Shown piece by piece: positions 1 to 10,950 of a stretch of 64,000 nt of DNA. Position numbers and translations under genes: made by a program. The notes under the pieces are model-generated. The model did no database searches. It was not told the DNA's origin and saw only the letters and a list, made by a program, of their open reading frames with translations. Source of the stretch: Paramoeba atlantica (Eukaryota > Protista > Discosea). Positions within the stretch are counted from its first letter, which is position 1, and the number at the start of each line of letters is the position of its first letter. The stretch lies in NCBI GenBank assembly GCA_977017575.1, contig CDRNVI010000034.1, positions 62,001 through 126,000 on the forward strand, in the 5' to 3' direction.

Positions 1-3000
1 GCTTGCTCCGCTTGTTTATGCAGGTCGCTTTCGTCCTCTAATCGGATGCGAAGGACCGGGACGGCAGCATTGGGATCTGAGGCCTCATAGTGCCATTTGT
101 CCTCGACCGCACGGAGAGCTTCTCCCATTTCTTCTGGACTTAGTCGCATCAGATGCATGGTGGTGGGATCTAAGAGAAGTCGCATGACAAAACGAGAGGC
201 GTGTTCCCGGATGCGTACCATCTCCGCTTGCCGTTCTGGGGGATGGAATTCAAGATCCCACCAGCGGGCGACAAAGTCATGGTCGGCCTCCACTACGGTC
301 TCTGCGGGATCTGGGTCGTAGTGAATCTCCACAGTCTGCACGAGGTCGTAAAGTGTCTTGTGCTCGATTTGGGCTAACGCATGCAGAGCACCCTCTTTTG
401 TCCCGGCGAATTCGGGGGTAAGAAAAATACTCATGTTGCTGACCTTTGGGTTACGGGTGCAGTTGATCAGCTCCTTGAGACGAGGAACCCCGAGAGTGAC
501 GTTCTTACTCGCGACCCCAGCGAAGTGAAACGTGTTCAGGGTCATCTGGGTCGCAGGTTCGCCACAGCTCTGAGCGGCAATCGCCCCCACCATCTCTCCT
601 GGGTGAACTAAGGCTTGTTGGTACCGGGAGCAGATCTCCCCGCAGAGCCAGTCAAAGGCTTTTTGGTCCAGACGATATTCTTTAATGACTCGACGGGAGT
701 TTAAGTAGCCGTACAGTGCCATACGGAAGGTACACAGCGCGGTATCCAGCCGTAGTCGGGTCCATTTGTTGTGTCGGCCTCGGTTTCGGGTCGGAAGAAA
801 CCTTTCTACGGTATTCAGCACCTCCCCGATGGCTTGAATCACGTGCAGCGGATTCAGCGCGCTTCGCTGGCTGGGACGTTTTCCAACATCAAATCGTTCC
901 TGCGCGAGCTGGATGAGTCGAGGAAAGTGTACCGCGAGACCAAAGTTCTCTTTTCGAGTGTTACGAAAGAGTGCGCGGAAGGATTCGCGTTGCTGCTTCA
1001 CGGAGTCGTACTCGGTCATCAGGGTGCGGTACTCCGCTGGGTTGTCTCGGAAATACTTGCGTACCCCGGGGGAGAGGTACTCGCCACCAAACCGTGGCAG
1101 CACAGTTCCGTCGTCTGCAATTTCGTAACGGTACACCTCCGCAAAACGAGCGTTTCCCCAGGTTACAAACGGAAGATCCTGTTTCACCTCTACCTTGGGC
1201 CCATCCAAGCCATCCTCCCCGTAGGTAAACTGCAGCACGCGGTTTGCGGCGTTTCTTACGGTGCCATCATACCCGACGGTAAGATCCTCACACATTTTTA
1301 TAATCCGTCTCTGAATGTAGCCCGTGTCGGCGGTCTTACATGCGGTATCAATCAACCCCTCCCGTCCTGCCATAGCGTGGAAGAAGAAATCTGGGGCTGT
1401 AAGACCTCGGATGTAGCTGTTTTTAATGTACCCTTTACTCTGGGGTCCGTAGTCATCACGTACAAAGTGGGGAAGCGTTCGACGACGAAACCCAAACTGG
1501 ATGCGTTTGCCCTCACAATTTTGTTGCCCGACAATGGCGCCGATTTGGGAAATGTTCATTTCGTTTCCTTTACTGCCGGCCTTGTACATGCACTTGAAGC
1601 CGTTGTTGTCGCGATAGCCGTCGACAATCTTCTTACCCGCCTCGGTGCGACATTGACTTAGTACCGTGTTCACTTCCGTTTCAAACGCCTCAAGAAGCGT
1701 TTTGCCTCGCTTATCCGAAAAAGTATTATCCAGGGCGTTCTGGCAAATCTTTCTCACTTTTCCCTCCGTTTCGCGGAGTAAGTGGTCCACATCACGCACA
1801 CTTGCCTCCGTTGGGACGGAATCTTTAATCCCGACGCTAAAACTGTGATGAATGAGAAAATATGCCGTGATACGTTGTACAGCATTCATAAAGTCCTTAC
1901 ACGCGTCCGTGCCCTCGAGATTGACAATCACGTGAATCAGCGAGTTGAGCAGATTTCCCACAATCTTTTTTACCACAACCCCATGCAAAAGCTCCCCATG
2001 ACGAATCAACACCGAGAGATCACGAGGGGCCATCAGCGCTCCGTGTGCCGTTGTATCGGGGACATCATTTCCATCCTTCTCATGGGTTTCCAGCGACACC
2101 TTCGGCAAGGCCATTGTGAACGCCTGCTTGCCTGTCCACAACGGTTTAGGCTTTACAATCGCGGGACACACCAGCGAGCTCCACCCCTCCACCCACATAC
2201 ACATACTTTGGAACGTAAATTTATCCAGAAACGTGTTTCGTCGGGTTAACAAATACACCCCCGCGAGACTATCCTGCACGATCCCCATCACCGGGTACGC
2301 CTTCCCTGGACTAATAAAATTCCGCGGCACCATCATAAACTCCATCAACTCCCCTTTCGTCAGCAAACTCTGCGGGAGATGCAAATTCATCTCATCCCCA
2401 TCAAAATCCGCATTATACGGCGTCGTGGTGGACAAATTCAACCGAAACGTGTTAAACGGCAACACCCGGGCCCTGTGCCCCATCATCGACATCCGATGCA
2501 GCGTGGGCTGCCGATTAAACAACACCACATCCCCGTCCCGCATATGCCGCTCCACAATCGACCCCACCGTCAGCACCACCTTGTTCAACCTCTCCGGGTT
2601 CATCTCCTTCAACCCCAGCCGCTCCCCATTCGCTTGCAACACAAAATTCGCCCCGGGGTAGCGATGAGGGCCTCTTCGTACCAGCTCCGTAAGCCCCTCC
2701 CGGTTGTACCCCGTCACCCTCTCCGGGAAGCTCACGGTCATGGCCACACTCCGGGGGACCCCCACCTCATCGACCTCCACGTTCGGGTCTCCCGTAATCA
2801 CTGTTCGCGCACAGAACTCCACACGCTTTCCCATTAAGTGTTGTCGCACTCTGCCGTACTTCCCTTTGAGTCGCTCTGCTACGGACTTCAGCGCTCGGCC
2901 CTGGCGACTGGTGACTTTTTGTTTACGAAAGAGTGTCGTTGTGTTGTTGACATAACAGGAGAGATTCAACTGGAGAGCGGCTCGTGTGGCCGCGATCTCG

Positions 3001-4004
3001 TGCTGCAGCCCGGACTCGAGTTTGTGAGATAACTCTTTGTTGAGTCGGATAATGGCTAAGAGGATATGGGTGAGATCGTCCTCGGAGGGGAGAGCGGCGG
3101 TTCCGCTGTTGAAGGCGACGGAGGGACGGAGGTGGAGAGGGGGGACGGGGAAGATTTCGAGGAGGAGGTCACAGGGATGGGAGGTTGAGGTTGGGGCATG
3201 TTGTGGGTTTGATTTTTGTGGTTTCGTGTTTTGTGTTTTCGTATGGCTCTGTTCCTCCCGGAGATTACGGAAACGGGAGGGGGAGAAACCGAGAAAGGCC
3301 CAATGGGCGGGGTTGACTTTTTCGAAGAGACGAAGGACGTCATGGGCGGTCCATTGGGTGATCTCGGTGGAGGTGCCGTGTTCGGTGAGGAGATCAAACA
3401 GGAGAGTGCCTTCGGTACGACGAAGACGGGGTTGTTTCATGTTACAGCCCAGGGGGTGGTCGTTGTCTTCGTTGTCGTCGTTTTCGTTTTCGTGGTGGGG
3501 GTCTGTGGTGTAAGGGCGCGTAGATTTTGTGGTTTGACATGTGGTGCGACAAATTTGGGATAACGCTCGAAGACGGAAACGGGTGATGGAGATGGTATTG
3601 GCGCTGGGGTAGTCGGGATGGGTGGTGTCGATTAAACTTTGTCCACAACTTTTGCATATGGTTTTTAAGAGTAAAGTAACGACACGGAAGTAGCACAGGT
3701 TGAACATGGGCTCCGCAAGTTCAATGTGACCGAAATGGCCGGGGCACATGGGGTATTTCTGCGTGCACGTCTCACAAATGACAAAAGGGCTAAAACTCCC
3801 AAGCCGAGGGTCACTGGTGCCATTTAACAGCGGAATACCGTTTTTTACGGGAATCGTCTCACACACACCTCTGCGAATCGCGTCTTTGTTTTGCGTAACA
3901 CTGAAAGTTTGCATCGTGGCCTTGTCCATGGCACATAACTCGATCGAGCGTACCTTTTTGAGCTCACGGTCCAGCGGAGGAAGATAATAATTCGCGCCCG
4001 CCAT
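1..4004 (-). CDS. RPB1: RNA polymerase II largest subunit (3' part continues beyond the left edge)
   Basis: Manual translation from ATG at 4004 (MAGANYYLPP). Motifs: DPRLG..CETC..CPGHFGHIELAEP, LMGKRVEFCARTVI, LFNRQPTLHRMSMMGH, catalytic TTPYNADFDGDEMNLHLPQS (~2380-2435), FFFHAMAGREGLIDTACKTADTGYIQRR, GEPATQMTLNTFHFAGV. It is absent from the ORF track, probably because its stop codon lies outside the window. Confidence 0.97.
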   Translation of the reverse strand, partial: MAGANYYLPPLDRELKKVRSIELCAMDKATMQTFSVTQNKDAIRRGVCETIPVKNGIPLLNGTSDPRLGSFSPFVICETCTQKYPMCPGHFGHIELAEPMFNLCYFRVVTLLLKTICKSCGQSLIDTTHPDYPSANTISITRFRLRALSQICRTTCQTTKSTRPYTTDPHHENENDDNEDNDHPLGCNMKQPRLRRTEGTLLFDLLTEHGTSTEITQWTAHDVLRLFEKVNPAHWAFLGFSPSRFRNLREEQSHTKTQNTKPQKSNPQHAPTSTSHPCDLLLEIFPVPPLHLRPSVAFNSGTAALPSEDDLTHILLAIIRLNKELSHKLESGLQHEIAATRAALQLNLSCYVNNTTTLFRKQKVTSRQGRALKSVAERLKGKYGRVRQHLMGKRVEFCARTVITGDPNVEVDEVGVPRSVAMTVSFPERVTGYNREGLTELVRRGPHRYPGANFVLQANGERLGLKEMNPERLNKVVLTVGSIVERHMRDGDVVLFNRQPTLHRMSMMGHRARVLPFNTFRLNLSTTTPYNADFDGDEMNLHLPQSLLTKGELMEFMMVPRNFISPGKAYPVMGIVQDSLAGVYLLTRRNTFLDKFTFQSMCMWVEGWSSLVCPAIVKPKPLWTGKQAFTMALPKVSLETHEKDGNDVPDTTAHGALMAPRDLSVLIRHGELLHGVVVKKIVGNLLNSLIHVIVNLEGTDACKDFMNAVQRITAYFLIHHSFSVGIKDSVPTEASVRDVDHLLRETEGKVRKICQNALDNTFSDKRGKTLLEAFETEVNTVLSQCRTEAGKKIVDGYRDNNGFKCMYKAGSKGNEMNISQIGAIVGQQNCEGKRIQFGFRRRTLPHFVRDDYGPQSKGYIKNSYIRGLTAPDFFFHAMAGREGLIDTACKTADTGYIQRRIIKMCEDLTVGYDGTVRNAANRVLQFTYGEDGLDGPKVEVKQDLPFVTWGNARFAEVYRYEIADDGTVLPRFGGEYLSPGVRKYFRDNPAEYRTLMTEYDSVKQQRESFRALFRNTRKENFGLAVHFPRLIQLAQERFDVGKRPSQRSALNPLHVIQAIGEVLNTVERFLPTRNRGRHNKWTRLRLDTALCTFRMALYGYLNSRRVIKEYRLDQKAFDWLCGEICSRYQQALVHPGEMVGAIAAQSCGEPATQMTLNTFHFAGVASKNVTLGVPRLKELINCTRNPKVSNMSIFLTPEFAGTKEGALHALAQIEHKTLYDLVQTVEIHYDPDPAETVVEADHDFVARWWDLEFHPPERQAEMVRIREHASRFVMRLLLDPTTMHLMRLSPEEMGEALRAVEDKWHYEASDPNAAVPVLRIRLEDESDLHKQAEQ

Positions 4005-4233
4005 TGGGAAAGGTGAAACGTTTTAAAAGAAAGATATTTAAAAAAAAGAGACGTATATTTTGGTTTTTGGGAAAAAAATTACCGTCTTTCACAACGCGGC
4101 TCATTCTTCTGTAGTTTTGGTTCTAAATTCTACACTGTATTTCACAGATATTAGTTCTAAGTACAATGGACATGAGAAACGAGCTCTACTGTAAGTCTAC
4201 TCTCCCATACCGATACTTCGAATTTTACTCAGC

Positions 4234-4686
4234 TTAATATCCTAGTATTTGCTCGCGCATACGCTTTCCTTTTTCTTCATATACCTTCTTTCTATGTAGA
4301 GGAAGCTCACGCCACATCAATCCCGCCCTCTTACCCATCTGTTTAGTACTCATGCCTCGTTTCTGAAGCTCTGGTCGTACCTCCTTAAAAAACATCAAAT
4401 AGGGGTTACACTTGGCAAATTGAGAAAGACGTTTCTTTTGTACCTTTGGATCGACGTGTACCTTTAGTTTATCCACTTTAGGAAGATGAGCTGCGTTGTA
4501 CTCAGCGGCTTTTTTCACATACTCCTCACGACATGCCTTTGGCAAGCCTCTGTACATGACTCCCAGTGCTTTGGCTATTTCGGCTACAGTATAATTTGGG
4601 TTTTCCTTCCGTACAATGGCCCGATTATCCTTCAGAAACGCGAAGAAAGCAGAAAGTCTTTGAAGGGTTACGCTGCGACACAACAT
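4234..4686 (-). CDS. Two-HMG-box protein with a mitochondrial-type N-terminus (kinetoplast-associated KAP-like)
   Basis: First ATG at 4686 gives MLCRSVTLQRLSAFFAFLKDNR..PNYTVAEIAKALGVMYRGL..REEY, then a second box NPYLMFFKEVRPEL..KQMGKRAGLMWREL..RKKVYEE. Confidence 0.8.
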   Translation of the reverse strand: MLCRSVTLQRLSAFFAFLKDNRAIVRKENPNYTVAEIAKALGVMYRGLPKACREEYVKKAAEYNAAHLPKVDKLKVHVDPKVQKKRLSQFAKCNPYLMFFKEVRPELQKRGMSTKQMGKRAGLMWRELPLHRKKVYEEKGKRMREQILGY

Positions 4687-5003
4687 AAACAGGACGAAAA
4701 GAGAAAAAAGGTTTCGAATTACTAAACCCAACTTGAAGAAAAAAGACCCAGAATAAGATCCATGATATCATCCTAAGAAGCTTTATGATATCACCATAAG
4801 AAAGATCTCAGATCAAGAGGTAGACTCTTATCTCGCATTTCACATTTTTGTTTAAAATCGAAATGGTTATTGCTTCTTTCGAAGCCTACCCATACCCTCC
4901 TTCGTCCTATGGCGCAACCCATTCACAAAAATTACGTTTCTTCCCTCGAGAAGGCGATACTCTAAAAAAAGGGAACCTCTCAGATAACCCCCCCCCCCCT
5001 CAA

Positions 5004-7799
5004 TCATTTTTGATCCAAGACTTGCACCGTCCCCAGCGGAGGGGCCACCTGGAGTACGGGGATGTACTGCAACACGGTCTGTCCCTCCTCTACGAACGGG
5101 AGGAGTCGAAGACAGCCCGCGACCAGAACCGTGCTCCCCTCTGTGAGCCCGGAGTGACTCAGGTACTCGGAGGCAAACCCCAGGGAGCCGTCCAGGCACA
5201 ACACGTGTAACACCTCATCGGCCTCCTCAAGTGCATCCGAAGAGGGAGAGAGGCAGGGAGAGGAAGGAGAAGTAAAAGTAGGCAAAGAAGAAGAAAAAGA
5301 AGAAGAAGCGTTCCGCAGGCGAATCGAGAAAAACCCTACACGGCTCTCGAAATAGTATCCCATGCCCAGTGGGGCGACACAGGACGCAATAAACACCGAA
5401 AAACTTCCACTCGCGGGGGTAAGATGAATGATGGCACTTTCCGGCACCGAGGGGTGTCGGGGTATCGGGTAGGGTAACAAGGGACGACAAAACGGGTGGG
5501 GTAACACCTCCACCTCAGGCTTGCTCTGTTTTGGTGTCTCCCCGGAGGCGACCTGGCTACGTATCTTATCTTCCCCTCCCGTACTTGAGGAAGGGGATGC
5601 CCGTAACAGCTCCTCAAAGCTTTTCGGGGCTACGACTACATCTTTGCGTCGTTGCGTCGTGCGGGAGGGGGAACCCGAAACCTCCCCCTCCATGGGTACA
5701 TCTCGTTTTTCTGACCCATGTGCCACCCCCCTATGCACGTTCAGCGCATCCTGAAACCGAAAGGATTTCCCACACACCTCACACGTGTACCGCAGCTCCG
5801 AGGCCGGAACCGTCTCTTTTACCCCCTGTCCCTGAGAGGTAAAGATATTAAACGGAACCCCTTGAACGGTTTTCTCAGAGCTAACCTCGGATAAAAAACC
5901 TTCTCCCGGTTTTATCCCCTCCTCAAGAGAAGAAGAAGAAGAAGAAGAAGACGAAGAAAAAGGAGAAGAACTCGTAAACAAGTTTGAACTCGAATACGAG
6001 GGTGTACTTCCCCCTATCCCACCCCCTTGTGGTACGGTCGTGGACATGGTGGTATGACCACTACTCGGACCACCCCCGGGCTGTCCACTGCCCCCTCCCG
6101 CCCCCACGGCCCCCATCTTCGCGAGCTCCCCCGTCGCGGTGACCACGAGCCCGTGCTTCGTGTTCGCGTGGTGCTGGAGCTGCACGATGGAGCGGAAGGA
6201 GCGGCGGCAGAGCGCGCAGACGTGGGCGCGCTCCCCGGTGGTGGGGACGACCGCGAGGGGGTCGGACCCGAGGGGGTACTCCCGGCTGCCGAGCATCCCG
6301 GGCAGCGCGGGGGAGGGGGGAGGGGGGAGGGTGTCGGAGGAGAGGGCGCGCAGGGCGTGGGAGAGGAGGGAGGGGGAGGGCGGAGAATACGAAGAATACG
6401 AAGAAGAAGAAAAAGAACCCCTTGCTCCCCTTATTCCTCCATGGTGTTTCGCGGTGTTGGAGGAAGAGGGAGAAAGGGTAGAGGGAGAAGAAAAAAAAGA
6501 AAAAGATCCTCTTGTTCTCCTTGTTCCTCTACCTCTATGTTGTTTCGCGGTGTTGGAGGAAGAGGGAGAAAGGGTAGAGGGAGAAGAAAAAAAAGAAAAA
6601 GATCCTCTTGTTCTCCTTATTCCTCTACCTCTATGTTGTTTCGCGGTGTTGGAGGAAGAGGGAGAAAGGGTAGAGGGAGAAGAAAAAAAAGAAAAGGATC
6701 CTCTTGTTCTCCTTATTCCTCTACCTCTATGTTGTTTCGCGGTGTTGGAGGAAGAGGGAGAAAGGGTAGAGGGAGAAGAAAAAAAAGAAAAAGGTCCTCT
6801 TGTTCTCCTTATTCCTCTACCTCTATGTTGTTTCGCGGTGTTGGAGGAAGAGGGAGAAAGGGTAGAGGGAGAAGAAAAAAAAGAAAAGGATCCTCTTGTT
6901 CTCCTTATTCCTCTACCTCTATGTTGTTTCGCGGTGTTGGAGGAAGAGGGAGAAAGGGTAGAGGAAGGAGAAAAAGGAGAGGAAAAGGGAGAAAAAGAGG
7001 AGTAGTCGGTTGTTCTCCCTTTTCCTCTACCTCTATGTTGTTTCGTGGTGTTGAGGGAAGGGGTAGAAACGGTAGAGGAAGGAGAAAAAGAAGAGGAAAA
7101 AGGGGAAGAAGGAGAAGAAGGGGAGTAGTCTGTTGTTGTACTTTTTTCTCTATGTTGTTGTTTCGTCGTGTTGGAGGAAGAGGAAGAAAATGTACTGTAA
7201 AAAACAGTAGAGTATGAAAAAATAGAGGAAGAAGAAAAAATAGAGTACGAAGAAGAAAAAGGAGAGTAGGAAAAGGTGAAAGGAAGGAGAGCGTGTGGGG
7301 GACGTACACGTTGCTGTTGTTGCTGTCGTCCATAGGGACGAGTGTAAGAGGCTTTCGTACAGCCCGTAGGGAGATACCCAAGCCCGAGCCTCACAAGTTC
7401 AAGCCTGGGCGAGGTGGAGGGCAGCAGAGCGTGTAGGGGACGTACACGTTGCTGTTGTTCATAAGGACGAGTGAGAGTTCCTCTGTACAGACGACTAGGA
7501 GTCTTAATATGGGAGTCGTCCATAAGGGGAATTCCCCTATGAGGAGAGTCCATACTTTGGCGCGCCCCGTTAAGATCGGGGAGTACGCGTTGTTGTCTTA
7601 CATAGGGACGAGTGTACGAGGTAGGGGGAAGGAGAGTGTGTAGGGGGAGCACCTGTTGTCGTTGTTGTCCATAATAACGAAGGGGATCGTGTGAGAGTCG
7701 TCCATAGGTGTGGGGAGAGAGGAGGACAGAGGGGGTGGAAAGAGGGGGGAGAGCAGAGGGGAGAGGGAAGGAGAGGTGGTGGGGGAAGGGGGGAGGCAT
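5004..7799 (-). CDS. KREPA3/MP42-like RNA-editing complex protein (two C2H2 zinc fingers plus C-terminal OB fold); conserved core 5004-6296, N-terminal extension uncertain
   Basis: Zinc fingers CALCRRSFRSIVQLQHHANTKH and CEVCGKSFRFQDALNVHRGVAH. The C-terminus GYYFESRVGFFSIRL..EGSTVLVAGCLRLLP..YIPVLQVAPPLGTV resembles the recalled KREPA OB fold. An internal ATG at 6296 gives a 430-aa protein. Confidence 0.7.
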   Translation of the reverse strand: MPPPFPHHLSFPLPSALPPLSTPSVLLSPHTYGRLSHDPLRYYGQQRQQVLPLHTLLPPTSYTRPYVRQQRVLPDLNGARQSMDSPHRGIPLMDDSHIKTPSRLYRGTLTRPYEQQQRVRPLHALLPSTSPRLELVRLGLGYLPTGCTKASYTRPYGRQQQQQRVRPPHALLPFTFSYSPFSSSYSIFSSSSIFSYSTVFYSTFSSSSSNTTKQQHREKSTTTDYSPSSPSSPFSSSFSPSSTVSTPSLNTTKQHRGRGKGRTTDYSSFSPFSSPFSPSSTLSPSSSNTAKQHRGRGIRRTRGSFSFFSSPSTLSPSSSNTAKQHRGRGIRRTRGPFSFFSSPSTLSPSSSNTAKQHRGRGIRRTRGSFSFFSSPSTLSPSSSNTAKQHRGRGIRRTRGSFSFFSSPSTLSPSSSNTAKQHRGRGTRRTRGSFSFFSSPSTLSPSSSNTAKHHGGIRGARGSFSSSSYSSYSPPSPSLLSHALRALSSDTLPPPPSPALPGMLGSREYPLGSDPLAVVPTTGERAHVCALCRRSFRSIVQLQHHANTKHGLVVTATGELAKMGAVGAGGGSGQPGGGPSSGHTTMSTTVPQGGGIGGSTPSYSSSNLFTSSSPFSSSSSSSSSSLEEGIKPGEGFLSEVSSEKTVQGVPFNIFTSQGQGVKETVPASELRYTCEVCGKSFRFQDALNVHRGVAHGSEKRDVPMEGEVSGSPSRTTQRRKDVVVAPKSFEELLRASPSSSTGGEDKIRSQVASGETPKQSKPEVEVLPHPFCRPLLPYPIPRHPSVPESAIIHLTPASGSFSVFIASCVAPLGMGYYFESRVGFFSIRLRNASSSFSSSLPTFTSPSSPCLSPSSDALEEADEVLHVLCLDGSLGFASEYLSHSGLTEGSTVLVAGCLRLLPFVEEGQTVLQYIPVLQVAPPLGTVQVLDQK
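6440..7200. repeat. 96-bp tandem repeat (about 5 near-identical copies plus degenerate flanking copies) inside the 931-aa ORF
   Basis: The unit TGTTGTTTCGCGGTGTTGGAGGAAGAGGGAGAAAGGGTAGAGGG... recurs every 96 nt (6538, 6634, 6730...). It translates as SSSNTAKQHRGRGIRRTRGSFSFFSSPSTLSP. Confidence 0.92.
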
Positions 7800-8059
7800 C
7801 GGCTGGGGTGGGTGGGGAAAAAAGGGGGGGGGGCTGAAGTGGATGAAGAGGAGAGGAGGAATGGAGGGTGCTGCGAGGTTCTTAGTTTGGAGAGGAAAGG
7901 GAGGGACAGATGGGTGGGAAGGTTAAAAAGAGGGACATGTGGGCCTTTTGGGGCATGAGTGTAGAGGTATAAAAAAAATAAGTGAGGTAATGTGCAATGG
8001 GAATTGAAAAGGAACGTAATGAAATGTGATGTGGCATGAGAATCAATCACGCAAAGAAT

Positions 8060-8857
8060 GTAAACCGGGGGACGGAATAGTATCACGTTGTTGAAACTTA
8101 ATAATAGCTTGACAACTTAATAATAACCTGTCATACTTAATAATAACCTGTCAACGTTTTGAAACTTAATATTAACTTGTCGGCGGGTTATTATTAAGTT
8201 TTTGATGACATTTAAGGTGACCGTATCATTTGAGAGTGTGTAGGCAGTCGCTGGAGTTTTCTAGCTGTAGCTTGCAGTAAGTGGCAATCGATGAGAGCCT
8301 CTGGCTGTCACTGGGGGTCAGAACTATTAGAAACCGATTAGAAGCCACGCTGGAATGTCGTTTCTTTCGCTCTACCGTATCTAGCATAGCATTAGCAAAA
8401 TTGCTTACGCATAAACGGTAAACCGTTTTGCTTCATAGCACTACATGCGCACCGTTTTTCCAACGTATCTTGGCCAAAATCTGCCCTATACATTCAATAA
8501 AACTACAAATTCTGGGCCAGAACATCTCATTGCTCCGTGGAAAAACACAAACTTAATAATAACTTGACAACTTAATAATAACTTGTCCAGCTTAATAATA
8601 AGCTGTCTAGCTTAATAATAACTTGTCTAACTTAATAATAAACCGCAACTTAATAATAAACCGCATCTTAATATTATTAAGTTGCGGTTTATTATTAAGT
8701 TAGACAAGTTATTATTAAGCTAGACAGCTTATTATTAAGCTGGACAAGTAAGCTGGACAAGAAAAAAAGTAGTAATTACTACTTTTTAAGTAGTAACTTT
8801 AGCAATTACTAGTTTACTAGTCCAAGCTATTAAATATTATTCCGTCCCCCGGTTTAC
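8060..8857. mobile_element. MITE-like element with 20-bp TIRs, internal 20-bp subrepeats and a long palindrome
   Basis: GTAAACCGGGGGACGGAATA (8060-8079) is the exact reverse complement of 8838-8857. Internal CTTAATAATAA subrepeats. No clean target-site duplication. Confidence 0.7.
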
Positions 8858-9138
8858 TGACACCCCTCGGGCACAAAAAACGTCCGATGTAGTAGACAAA
8901 AAACTTGTTCACACAGCCTGTGTGAACACAGAAGTGCAAAGTAGCATATTAGGGATTACAAAAATTCAGGGGCTGCGGATAAAGCCTCGATGAATTGAAC
9001 CTCTCGAAACCTCGAAACTACGATATGCCCCTTGGTGAAATCTCGAGAAACCTCGTCACCCACAGCCCTTCATTTGTATTTTTTCTATACAAAAATTAGT
9101 TTCGTCCAAAATTTTGAAATACACCCTTTGTTGAAATA

Positions 9139-9257
9139 CAGTGCGCCCAGATAGCAAAGGTTTTTTTAGTAGTTACCACCGATTTTGGGTAACTACTAAA
9201 AAAAATTTTCCCATTTGGGAAAAGCGTTTTTTGGGACTTTACCAACTGGGCGCATTG
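9139..9257. mobile_element. Small MITE (TIR CAGTGCGCCCAG)
   Basis: TA|CAGTGCGCCCAG ... CTGGGCGCATTG|CA. Confidence 0.5.
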
Positions 9258-9505
9258 CATACTCCCCTCATATCCTAGCGTTGCTCGGTTTTGGCAAAAA
9301 GAGTAAGAAAAAGGAAGAAAATAAGCGTGCAGTGCTTTTTCCTATTCTTTGAAAATCTATTTACAGTCGCATTGCTGAATACAAAATCAATGCACTCATG
9401 AGTGAAAGACGTCTTTTCCTGCCAAAAAAAGCATTACCCCAAGTAGGAGAGATTCGGCTACTTTGGCCCGAGACCGATTCTATTACTGGGGGGTATAAAG
9501 TAATA

Positions 9506-10324
9506 TTACGTAGAATCAGTAATCATTGTTCCGTAGCGAACAAAGTGAAAAGGATTTAGCTGCTTTGGTATAAGTTCACGATTGACTGTACCAGTTAGTT
9601 TTTCGTTGTCATGCAACCAAAGTGTATGCATGTTGTGGGGGAGAAAATCAAGATTCACCCGTCCCGAAAACTTGTTATCATACAAAAACAATTTCTCTAA
9701 AGTGGAAGGCAAATTCCTCAGATCAGGAATCCCGGTAAAATTATTCTCGCCCATGGAAAGATATGTCATGCAAGATGGTAAGTTGTGTAGCTGCACATGA
9801 CCAGAAAGGTTATTATTAAAAATCGATAATTTCGTCAATGTTTTTGGGAGAACAGAAAGGTCAATTGTTCCTTCAAACTTGTTATCACCCAGGAAAAGTT
9901 GTTCCATTTGTACAGGTAGGTGCTGAAAAAGTAGCTCACCAGTAAGCGCGTTAAGTGTAACTTCAAAATCGATTATGCTGTCAGGCAACTTATCAAAAGG
10001 AATGTTGCCCGAAATCTTGTTTTCATAACTAGCAAAATTAACTATCGTTTGAGGGATAAATTCCCACAGGAAAAAACCACTTAAATGATGTTCTCCCCAA
10101 CCGATTTCAACAATTTCTTGTCGATCGTTGCATACAACACCAGGCCACGCACACGCAGGAGTAGAAGTATTCCACCCTTGAAATAAAGACCGTTCGGACT
10201 CATTTGTAGAGTCAAAGGCAATGTTTTGAGTAAATCTTGCAAGCTCATATTCCTGAGGGAGAGTCACCCATGTAACTTTAGAAGCACGTGCACGCTGCAA
10301 TGGATACGACAAAGCCGTATCCAT
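9506..10324 (-). CDS. Short LRR-family protein
   Basis: Family N-cap LPQEYELARF..WNTSTPACAWPGVVC, followed by about 8 repeats of LPxxLxxLxLxxNxFxGxIDL. Confidence 0.9.
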   Translation of the reverse strand: MDTALSYPLQRARASKVTWVTLPQEYELARFTQNIAFDSTNESERSLFQGWNTSTPACAWPGVVCNDRQEIVEIGWGEHHLSGFFLWEFIPQTIVNFASYENKISGNIPFDKLPDSIIDFEVTLNALTGELLFQHLPVQMEQLFLGDNKFEGTIDLSVLPKTLTKLSIFNNNLSGHVQLHNLPSCMTYLSMGENNFTGIPDLRNLPSTLEKLFLYDNKFSGRVNLDFLPHNMHTLWLHDNEKLTGTVNRELIPKQLNPFHFVRYGTMITDST

Positions 10325-10480
10325 AATTATGTTAAAAAAATGGTGATATGCTAAATATAAGTACGAAATCTAAAGCTTTTTGGGGAAAATGGCCATTTAG
10401 ACTCAAAATCGACTCTCCTAGTAGGAGAATCTCTCCTACTACCGTAGATCTCCCAATAATAGACCCTCCAGACATAGAGA

Positions 10481-10950
10481 TTGCGGTGGTTGTATAACTA
10501 CCGCTCTACCCTCGATTATTGCAAAAAAAGTAAACAAAAACAGTGAAAATATAAAGAGGAACACAGTAGTATAATAGATGAAAAAAATATAAAAGAGGTC
10601 TCCGGTCTAAAATTCGCCAAGGGGCCGTTTTGTGTCGGAAGAATGGTGTGGTTGGAGTTGCATTCTTTACCTAATACATTCCGTGGGCTTTACCTCATAT
10701 CTACGAGTGATTTCCGACGCGCAAATATCGAATTGAGTGCTCTGAGAGCAAAAACACGCAAAATTCACCCCATTTTCCCCCAAAAATCGGCTATTTTTCG
10801 TTCAAATCCTTCCGGTTTCTTGCGCTTTTGAGACCAATTTTGCTTTTTGAGCCTTTGGCGATTTTTCTTTTTAAGGCTCTTCGTTAAACGCGGAGGTAGT
10901 TTTCGACGCGAAGTACGCAGCATGAGTGACTTCTAAGTTGACTTCTAAGT
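10481..10950 (+). mobile_element. Non-autonomous Helentron/HINE-like element, copy 1
   Basis: Starts with the hairpin TTGCGGTGGTTGTATAACTACCGC and ends in the CTCTTCGTTAAACGCGG..GACTTCTAAGTTG module. Its interior is the reverse complement of 59670-59910. Confidence 0.6.

Noticed and set aside
97-3563. Plus-strand ORFs such as 771-1661, 2116-2661 and 3037-3513
   Set aside because: They are antisense shadows of RPB1 with no recognisable motifs.
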